Source: Eledone cirrhosa (taxonomy: Eukaryota). From it: a DNA stretch of 64,000 nt. Both the position numbers and the translations under genes were made by a program. Shown piece after piece: positions 52,901-64,000 of this stretch. Below the pieces are notes generated by a model, which was not told the origin of the DNA, searched no databases, and saw nothing but the letters and a program-made list of their open reading frames with translations. Within the stretch, counting starts at the first letter, position 1. Every line of letters begins with the position of its first letter. The stretch lies in contig OZ024742.1 in NCBI GenBank assembly GCA_964016885.1, positions 620,001-684,000 of the forward strand. The letters are read 5' to 3'.

Positions 52901-55900
52901 ACACCAGCATGACCACTTTACAGTAGGGACTGGGGACTTTTTATTGTGGCACCAGCATGACCACTTTACAGTGGGGACTGGGAACTTTTTATCATGACAC
53001 CAGCATGACCACTTTACAGTGGGGACTGGGGACTTTTTATCATGACACCAGCATGACCACTTTACAGTGGGGACTGGGTACTTTTTATCATGACACCAGC
53101 ATGACCACTTTACAGTGGGGAGTGGGTACTTTTTATTGTGGGACCAGCATGACCACTTTGCAGTGGAGACTGGGTACCTCTTATTGTGGAACCACCATGA
53201 CCACTTTACAGTGGGGACTGGGGACTTTTTATTGTGGCACCAGCATGACCACTTTACAGTGGGGACTGGGGACTTTTTATTGTGGGACCAGCATGACCAC
53301 TTTGCAGTGGAGACTGGGTACCTCTTATTGTGGAACCACCATGACCACTTTACAGTGGGGACTGGCTACTTTTTATTGTGGCACCAGCATGACCACTTTT
53401 CAGTGGGGACTGGGTATTTATTATTGTGGCACCAGCATGACCACTTTACAGTGGGGACTGGGTACTTTTTATTGTGGCACCAGCATGACCACTTTACAGT
53501 GGGGACTGGGTGCTTTTTATCATGGCACCAGCATGACCACTTTACAGTGGGGACTGGGTACTTTTTATCATGACACCAGCATGACCACTTTACAGTGGGG
53601 ACTGGTTGCTTTTTATTGTGACACCAGCATGACCACGTTACAGTGGCGACTGGGTGATTTTTTATTGTGTAACCAGCATGACCACTTTTCAGTGGGGACT
53701 GGGGACTTTTTATTGTGGGACCAGCATGACCACTTTACAGTGGGGACTGGGTACTTTTTATTGTGGGACCAGCATGATCACTTTACAGTAGGGACTGAGG
53801 ACTTTTTATCGTGGCACCAGCATGACCACTTTACAGTGGGGACTGGTTACTTTTGATCATGACACCAGCATAACCACTTTACAGTTGGCATTGGGTACAT
53901 GTTATTGTGGGTCCAGCATGAGTACTTTTACAGTGGGGACTGGGTACTTTTTATTGTGGCACCAGCATAACCACTTTACAGTGGAGACTGGGGACTTTTT
54001 ATAATGACACCAGCATGACCACTTTACAGTGGGGACTGGGTACTTTTATCATGACCACTTTATAATGGGGACCGGGTACTTTTTATGATGACCACTTTAC
54101 AGTGGGGTCTGGGTACTTTTTATCATGACACCAACATGACCACTTTACAGTGGGGACTGGGGACTTTTTATTGTGGCACCAACATGACCACTTTACAGTG
54201 GGGAGTGGGTACATTTTTTATTGTGGCACCAGCATGACCACTTTACAGTGGGGACTGGGTACTTTTTATCATGACACCAACATGACCACTTTACAGTGTG
54301 GACTGGGTACTTTTTATCATGACACCAGCATGACCACTTTAGAGTGGGGACTGGGTACTTTTTATTGTGGCACCAGCATGACCACTTTACTGTGGGGACT
54401 GGGTACTTTTTATTGTGGCACCAGGATGACCACTTTACAGTGGGGACTGAGTACTTTTTATTGTGGCACCAGCATGACCACTTTACAGTAGGGACTGGGT
54501 ACTTTTTATTGTGGCACCAGCATGACCACTTTACAGTGGGGACTGGGTACTTTTTATTGTGGCACCAGCATGACCACTTTACAGTGGGGAGTGGGTACTT
54601 TTTATCATGACACCAGCATGACCACTTTACAGTGGGGACTGGGGACTTTTTATTGTGGCACCAGCATGACCACTTTACAGTGGGGACTGGGGACTTTTTA
54701 TCATGACACCAGCATGACCACTTTACAGTGGGGACTGGGGACTTTTTATCATGACACCAGCATGACCACTTTACAGTAGGGACTGGGGACTTTTTATTGT
54801 GGCACCAGCATGACCACTTTACAGTGGGGACTGGGAACTTTTTATCATGACACCAGCATGACCACTTTACAGTGGGGACTGGGGACTTTTTATCATGACA
54901 CCAGCATGACCACTTTACAGTGGGGACTGGGTACTTTTTATCATGACACCAGCATGACCACTTTACAGTGGGGAGTGGGTACTTTTTATTGTGGGACCAG
55001 CATGACCACTTTGCAGTGGAGACTGGGTACCTCTTATTGTGGAACCACCATGACCACTTTACAGTGGGGACTGGGGACTTTTTATTGTGGCACCAGCATG
55101 ACCACTTTACAGTGGGGACTGGGGACTTTTTATTGTGGGACCAGCATGACCACTTTACAGTGGGGACTGGGTACTTTTTATTGTGGGACCAGCATGATCA
55201 CTTTACAGTAGGGACTGAGGACTTTTTATCGTGGCACCAGCATGACCACTTTACAGTGGGGACTGGTTACTTTTGATCATGACACCAGCATAACCACTTT
55301 ACAGTTGGCATTGGGTACATGTTATTGTGGGTCCAGCATGAGTACTTTTACAGTGGGGACTGGGTACTTTTTATTGTGGCACCAGCATAACCACTTTACA
55401 GTGGAGACTGGGGACTTTTTATAATGACACCAGCATGACCACTTTACAGTGGGGACTGGGTACTTTTATCATGACCACTTTATAATGGGGACCGGGTACT
55501 TTTTATGATGACCACTTTACAGTGGGGTCTGGGTACTTTTTATCATGACACCAACATGACCACTTTACAGTGGGGACTGGGGACTTTTTATTGTGGCACC
55601 AACATGACCACTTTACAGTGGGGAGTGGGTACATTTTTTATTGTGGCACCAGCATGACCACTTTACAGTGGGGACTGGGTACTTTTTATCATGACACCAA
55701 CATGACCACTTTACAGTGTGGACTGGGTACTTTTTATCATGACACCAGCATGACCACTTTAGAGTGGGGACTGGGTACTTTTTATTGTGGCACCAGCATG
55801 ACCACTTTACTGTGGGGACTGGGTACTTTTTATTGTGGCACCAGGATGACCACTTTACAGTGGGGACTGAGTACTTTTTATTGTGGCACTAGCATGACCA

Positions 55901-58900
55901 CTTTACAGTAGGGACTGGGTACTTTTTATTGTGGCACCAGCATGACCACTTTACAGTGGGGACTGGGTACTTTTTATTGTGGCACCAGCATGACCACTTT
56001 ACAGTGGGGAGTGGGTACTTTTTATCATGACACCAGCATGACCACTTTACAGTGGGGACTGGGGACTTTTTATTGTGGCACCAGCATGACCACTTTACAG
56101 TGGGGACTGGGGACTTTTTATCATGACACCAGCATGACCACTTTACAGTGGGGACTGGGGACTTTTTATCATGACACCAGCATGACCACTTTACAGTAGG
56201 GACTGGGGACTTTTTATTGTGGCACCAGCATGACCACTTTACAGTGGGGACTGGGAACTTTTTATCATGACACCAGCATGACCACTTTACAGTGGGGACT
56301 GGGGACTTTTTATCATGACACCAGCATGACCACTTTACAGTGGGGACTGGGTACTTTTTATCATGACACCAGCATGACCACTTTACAGTGGGGAGTGGGT
56401 ACTTTTTATTGTGGGACCAGCATGACCACTTTGCAGTGGAGACTGGGTACCTCTTATTGTGGAACCACCATGACCACTTTACAGTGGGGACTGGGGACTT
56501 TTTATTGTGGCACCAGCATGACCACTTTACAGTGGGGACTGGGGACTTTTTATTGTGGGACCAGCATGACCACTTTGCAGTGGAGACTGGGTACCTCTTA
56601 TTGTGGAACCACCATGACCACTTTACAGTGGGGACTGGCTACTTTTTATTGTGGCACCAGCATGACCACTTTTCAGTGGGGACTGGGTATTTATTATTGT
56701 GGCACCAGCATGACCACTTTACAGTGGGGACTGGTTACTTTTTATTGTGACACCAGCATGACCACTTTACAGTGGCGACTGGGTCATTTTTAATTGTCAC
56801 CAGCATGACCACTTTACAGTGGGGACTGGTTACTTTTTATTGTGACACCAGCATGACCACTTTACAGTGGGGACTGGTTACTTTTTATTGTGACACCAGC
56901 ATGACCACTTTACAGTGGGGACTGGTTACTTTTTATTGTGAAACCAGCATGACCACTTTACAGTGGCGACTGGGTGATTTTTTATTGTGTCACCAGCATG
57001 ACCACTTTTCAGTGGGGACTGGGGACTTTTTATTGTGGGACCAGCATGACCACTTTACAGTAGGGACTGGGTACTTTTTATCGTGGCACCAGCATGACCA
57101 CTTTACAGTGGGGACTGGTTACTTTTTATCATGACCACTTTATAAAGGGGACCGGGTACTTTTTATGATGACCACTTTACAGTGGGGTCTGGGTACTTTT
57201 TATCATGACACCAACATGACCACTTTACAGTGGGGACTGGGGACTTTTTATTGTGGCACCAACATGACCACTTTACAGTGGGGAGTGGGTACATTTTTTA
57301 TTGTGGCACCAGCATGACCACTTTACAGTGGGGACTGGGTACTTTTTATCATGACACCAACATGACCACTTTACAGTGTGGACTGGGTACTTTTTATCAT
57401 GACACCAGCATGACCACTTTAGAGTGGGGACTGGGTACTTTTTATTGTGGGACCAGCATGACCACTTTACAGTGGGGACTGGGTACTTTTTATTGTGGCA
57501 CCAGGATGACCACTTTACAGTGGGGACTGAGTACTTTTTATTGTGGCACCAGCATGACCACTTTACAGTAGGGACTGGGTACTTTTTATTGTGGCACCAG
57601 CATGACCACTTTACAGTGGGGACTGGGTACTTTTTATTGTGGCACCAGCATGACCACTTTACAGTGGGGAGTGGGTACTTTTTATCATGACACCAGCATG
57701 ACCACTTTACAGTGGGGACTGGGGACTTTTTATTGTGGCACCAGCATGACCACTTTACAGTGGGGACTGGGGACTTTTTATCATGACACCAGCATGACCA
57801 CTTTACAGTGGGGACTGGGGACTTTTTATCATGACACCAGCATGACCACTTTACAGTAGGGACTGGGGACTTTTTATTGTGGCACCAGCATGACCACTTT
57901 ACAGTGGGGACTGGGGACTTTTTATCATGACACCAGCATGACCACTTTACAGTGGGGACTGGGGACTTTTTATCATGACACCAGCATGACCACTTTACAG
58001 TAGGGACTGGGGACTTTTTATTGTGGCACCAGCATGACCACTTTACAGTGGGGACTGGGAACTTTTTATCATGACACCAGCATGACCACTTTACAGTGGG
58101 GACTGGGGACTTTTTATCATGACACCAGCATGACCACTTTACAGTGGGGACTGGGTACTTTTTATCATGACACCAGCATGACCACTTTACAGTGGGGAGT
58201 GGGTACTTTTTATTGTGGGACCAGCATGACCACTTTGCAGTGGAGACTGGGTACCTCTTATTGTGGAACCACCATGACCACTTTACAGTGGGGACTGGGG
58301 ACTTTTTATTGTGGCACCAGCATGACCACTTTACAGTGGGGACTGGGGACTTTTTATTGTGGGACCAGCATGACCACTTTGCAGTGGAGACTGGGTACCT
58401 CTTATTGTGGAACCACCATGACCACTTTACAGTGGGGACTGGCTACTTTTTATTGTGGCACCAGCATGACCACTTTTCAGTGGGGACTGGGTATTTATTA
58501 TTGTGGCACCAGCATGACCACTTTACAGTGGGGACTGGTTACTTTTTATTGTGACACCAGCATGACCACTTTACAGTGGCGACTGGGTCATTTTTAATTG
58601 TCACCAGCATGACCACTTTACAGTGGGGACTGGTTACTTTTTATTGTGACACCAGCATGACCACTTTACAGTGGGGACTGGTTACTTTTTATTGTGACAC
58701 CAGCATGACCACTTTACAGTGGGGACTGGTTACTTTTTATTGTGAAACCAGCATGACCACTTTACAGTGGCGACTGGGTGATTTTTTATTGTGTCACCAG
58801 CATGACCACTTTTCAGTGGGGACTGGGGACTTTTTATTGTGGGACCAGCATGACCACTTTACAGTAGGGACTGGGGACTTTTTATCGTGGCACCAGCATG

Positions 58901-61900
58901 ACCACTTTACAGTGGGGACTGGTTACTTTTTATCATGACCACTTTATAAAGGGGACCGGGTACTTTTTATGATGACCACTTTACAGTGGGGTCTGGGTAC
59001 TTTTTATCATGACACCAACATGACCACTTTACAGTGGGGACTGGGGACTTTTTATTGTGGCACCAACATGACCACTTTACAGTGGGGAGTGGGTACATTT
59101 TTTATTGTGGCACCAGCATGACCACTTTACAGTGGGGACTGGGTACTTTTTATCATGACACCAACATGACCACTTTACAGTGTGGACTGGGTACTTTTTA
59201 TCATGACACCAGCATGACCACTTTAGAGTGGGGACTGGGTACTTTTTATTGTGGCACCAGCATGACCACTTTACAGTGGGGACTGGGTACTTTTTATTGT
59301 GGCACCAGGATGACCACTTTACAGTGGGGACTGAGTACTTTTTATTGTGGGACCAGCATGACCACTTTACAGTAGGGACTGGGTACTTTTTATTGTGGCA
59401 CCAGCATGACCACTTTACAGTGGGGACTGGGTACTTTTTATTGTGGCACCAGCATGACCACTTTACAGTGGGGACTGGGGACTTTTTATCATGACACCAG
59501 CATGACCACTTTACAGTGGGGACTGGGGACTTTTTATCATGACACCAGCATGACCACTTTACAGTAGGGACTGGGGACTTTTTATTGTGGCACCAGCATG
59601 ACCACTTTACAGTGGGGACTGGGAACTTTTTATCATGACACCAGCATGACCACTTTACAGTGGGGACTGGGGACTTTTTATCATGACACCAGCATGACCA
59701 CTTTACAGTGGGGACTGGGTACTTTTTATCATGACACCAGCATGACCACTTTACAGTGGGGAGTGGGTACTTTTTATTGTGGGACCAGCATGACCACTTT
59801 GCAGTGGAGACTGGGTACCTCTTATTGTGGAACCACCATGACCACTTTACAGTGGGGACTGGGGACTTTTTATTGTGGCACCAGCATGACCACTTTACAG
59901 TGGGGACTGGGGACTTTTTATTGTGGGACCAGCATGACCACTTTGCAGTGGAGACTGGGTACCTCTTATTGTGGAACCACCATGACCACTTTACAGTGGG
60001 GACTGGCTACTTTTTATTGTGGCACCAGCATGACCACTTTTCAGTGGGGACTGGGTATTTATTATTGTGGCACCAGCATGACCACTTTACAGTGGGGACT
60101 GGGTACTTTTTATTGTGACACCAGCATGACCACTTTACAGTGGGGACTGGTTACTTTTTATTGTGAAACCAGCATGACCACTTTACAGTGGCGACTGGGT
60201 GATTTTTTATTGTGTCACCAGCATGACCACTTTTCAGTGGGGACTGGGGACTTTTTATTGTGGGACCAGCATGACCACTTTACAGTAGGGACTGGGGACT
60301 TTTTATCGTGGCACCAGCATGACCACTTTACAGTGGGGACTGGTTACTTTTTATCATGACCACTTTATAAAGGGGACCGGGTACTTTTTATGATGACCAC
60401 TTTACAGTGGGGTCTGGGTACTTTTTATCATGACACCAACATGACCACTTTACAGTGGGGACTGGGGACTTTTTATTGTGGCACCAACATGACCACTTTA
60501 CAGTGGGGAGTGGGTACATTTTTTATTGTGGCACCAGCATGACCACTTTACAGTGGGGACTGGGTACTTTTTATCATGACACCAACATGACCACTTTACA
60601 GTGTGGACTGGGTACTTTTTATCATGACACCAGCATGACCACTTTAGAGTGGGGACTGGGTACTTTTTATTGTGGCACCAGCATGACCACTTTACAGTGG
60701 GGACTGGGTACTTTTTATTGTGGCACCAGGATGACCACTTTACAGTGGGGACTGAGTACTTTTTATTGTGGGACCAGCATGACCACTTTACAGTAGGGAC
60801 TGGGTACTTTTTATTGTGGCACCAGCATGACCACTTTACAGTGGGGACTGGGTACTTTTTATTGTGGCACCAGCATGACCACTTTACAGTGGGGACTGGG
60901 GACTTTTTATCATGACACCAGCATGACCACTTTACAGTGGGGACTGGGGACTTTTTATCATGACACCAGCATGACCACTTTACAGTAGGGACTGGGGACT
61001 TTTTATTGTGGCACCAGCATGACCACTTTACAGTGGGGACTGGGAACTTTTTATCATGACACCAGCATGACCACTTTACAGTGGGGACTGGGGACTTTTT
61101 ATCATGACACCAGCATGACCACTTTACAGTGGGGACTGGGTACTTTTTATCATGACACCAGCATGACCACTTTACAGTGGGGAGTGGGTACTTTTTATTG
61201 TGGGACCAGCATGACCACTTTGCAGTGGAGACTGGGTACCTCTTATTGTGGAACCACCATGACCACTTTACAGTGGGGACTGGGGACTTTTTATTGTGGC
61301 ACCAGCATGACCACTTTACAGTGGGGACTGGGGACTTTTTATTGTGGGACCAGCATGACCACTTTGCAGTGGAGACTGGGTACCTCTTATTGTGGAACCA
61401 CCATGACCACTTTACAGTGGGGACTGGCTACTTTTTATTGTGGCACCAGCATGACCACTTTTCAGTGGGGACTGGGTATTTATTATTGTGGCACCAGCAT
61501 GACCACTTTACAGTGGGGACTGGGTACTTTTTATTGTGGCACCAGCATGACCACTTTACAGTGGGGACTGGGTGCTTTTTATCATGGCACCAGCATGACC
61601 ACTTTACAGTGGGGACTGGGTACTTTTTATCATGACACCAGCATGACCACTTTACAGTGGGGACTGGGTGCTTTTTATTGTGGCACCAGCATGACCACTT
61701 TACAGTGGGGACTGGGTACTTTTTATCATGACACCACCATGACCACTTTACAGTGGGGACTGGTTACTTTTTATTGTGACACCAGCATGACCACTTTACA
61801 GTGGGGACTGGTTACTTTTTATCATGACACCAGCATGACCACTTTTCAGTGGGGACTGGGGACTTTTTATTGTGGGACCAGCATGACCACTTTACAGTGG

Positions 61901-64000
61901 GGACTGGGTACTTTTTATTGTGGCACCAGCATGATCACTTTACAGTAGGGACTGAGGACTTTTTATCGTGGAACCAGCATGACCACTTTACAGTGGGGAC
62001 TGGTTACTTTTTATCATGACACCAGCATAACCACTTTACAGTTGTCATTGGGTACATGTTATTGTGGGTCCAGCATGAGTACTTTTACAGTGGGGACTGC
62101 GTACTTTTTATTGTGGCACCAGCATAACCACTTTACAGTGGAGACTGGGGACTTTTTATCATGACACCAGCATGACCACTTTACAGTGGGGACTGGGTAC
62201 TTTTTATCATGACACCACCATGACCACTTTACAGTGGGGACTGGTTACTTTTTATTGTGACACCAGCATGACCACTTTACAGTGGGGACTGGTTACTTTT
62301 TATTGTGAAACCAGCATGACCACTTTACAGTGGCGACTGGGTGATTTTTTATTGTGTCACCAGCATGACCACTTTTCAGTGGGGACTGGGGACTTTTTAT
62401 TGTGGGACCAGCATGACCACTTTACAGTAGGGACTGGGGACTTTTTATGGTGGCACCAGCATGACCACTTTACAGTGGGGACTGGTTACTTTTTATCATG
62501 ACACCAGCATAACCACTTTACAGTTGGCATTGGGTACATGTTATTGTGGGTCCAGCATGAGTACTTTTACAGTGGGGAGTGGGTACATTTTTTATTGTGG
62601 CACCAGCATGACCACTTTACAGTGGGGACTGGGTACTTTTTATCATGACACCAACATGACCCCTTTACAGTGTGGACTGGGTACTTTTTATCATGACACC
62701 AACATGACCACTTCACAGTGTGGACTGGGTACTTTTTATCATGACACCAGCATGACCACTTTAGAGTGGGGACTGGGTACTTTTTATTGTGGCACCAGCA
62801 TGACTACTTTACAGTGGGGACTGGGTACTTTTTATTGTGGCACCAGTATGACCACTTTACAGTGGGGACTGAGTACTTTTTATTGTGGCACCAGCATGAC
62901 CACTTTACAGTAGGGACTGGGTACTTTTTATTGTGGCACCAGCATGACCACTTTACAGTGGGGACTGGGGACTTTTTATTGTGGCACCAGCATGACCACT
63001 TTACAGTAGGGACTGGGGACTTTTTATTGTGGCACCAGCATGGCCACTTCACAGTGGGGACTGGGTACTTTTTATCCTGAAACCAGCATGACCACTTTAA
63101 AGTGGGGACTGGGTACTTTTTATTGTGGCACCAGCATGACCACTTTACAGTAGGGACTGGGTACTTTTTATTGTGGCACCAGCATGACCACTTTACAGTA
63201 GGGACTGGGGACTTTTTACTGTGGGACCAGCATGGCCACTTTACAGTGGGGACTGGGTACTTTTTATCCTGACACCAGCATGACCACTTTACAGTGGGGA
63301 CTGGCTACTTTTTATTGTGGCACCAGCATGACCACTTTACAGTGGGGACTGGGGACTTTTTATTGTGGGACCAGCATGACCACTTTGCAGTGGAGACTGG
63401 GTACCTCTTATTGTGGAACCACCATGACCACTTTACAGTGGGGACTGGCTACTTTTTATTGTGGCACCAGCATGACCACTTTTCAGTGGGGACTGGTTAC
63501 TTTTTATTGTGACACCAGCATGACCACTTTACAGTGGGGACTGGTTACTTTTTATTGTGACACCAGCATGACCACTTTACAGTGGGGACTGGTTACTTTT
63601 TATTGTGACACCAGCATGACCACTTTACAGTGGGGACTGGTTACTTTTTATTGTGACAGCAGCATGACCACTTTACAGTGGGGACTGGTTACTTTTTATT
63701 GTGAAACCAGCATGACCACTTTACAGTGCCGACTGGGTGATTTTTTATTGTGTCACCAGCATGACCACTTTTCAGTGGGGACTGGGGACTTTTTATTGTG
63801 GGACCAGCATGACCACTTTACAGCGGGGACTGGGGACTTTTTATTGTGGCACCAGCATGACCACTTTACAGTAGGGACTGGGGACTTTTTATCGTGGCAC
63901 CAGCATGACCACTTTACAGTGGGGACTGGTTACTTTTTATCATGACACCAGCATAACCACTTTACAGTTGGCATTGGGTACATGTTATTGTGGGTCCAGC
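22917..64000. repeat. 48-bp satellite array (>41 kb, roughly 850 monomers, runs off the window)
   Basis: Consensus ATGACCACTTTACAGTGGGGACTGGGTACTTTTTAT(CATGA/TGTGG)CACCAGC. Copy number estimated as length/48. Confidence 0.98.

Noticed and set aside
26116-63945. Long ORFs on both strands (KWSCWCHDKKYPVPTV and MTTLQWGLGTFYHDTS repeats, up to 588 aa)
   Set aside because: The monomer is 48 bp (16 codons), so open frames arise automatically. Frequent 1-bp indels and stops show no frame conservation.

Overview
Eukaryotic, repeat-dominated animal genomic DNA. The SINE/LINE repertoire resembles octopus (coleoid cephalopod), which is an inference from recognised repeats. The first 11 kb is a nest of insertions in (TA)n tracts: Penelope-like retroelement (PLE) fragments, including a decayed RT+GIY-YIG copy with an inverted 5' duplication; several type I hammerhead ribozyme (HHR) motifs; a CORE-type SINE; and a non-autonomous Helitron. 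After a 200-N gap come a 4.8-kb 18-bp minisatellite, two or three minus-strand exons of an IQ-motif protein gene, an RTE-type LINE 3' end, SINEs and two long palindromes. From about 22.9 kb to the window end is a >41-kb 48-bp satellite with higher-order structure. Main observations: (1) a non-coding ~312-bp circularly permuted unit carrying an HHR, i.e. a retrozyme candidate, with a PLE-style inverted 5' copy; (2) an HHR with a ~105-nt helix II arm; (3) two palindromes that both fold back at helix II of a half-hammerhead; (4) the giant satellite monomer matches the 3' tail shared by a LINE and a SINE in this window. Nearly all ORFs in the supplied track are repeat artefacts. All calls were made by eye, with no alignments or folding run.
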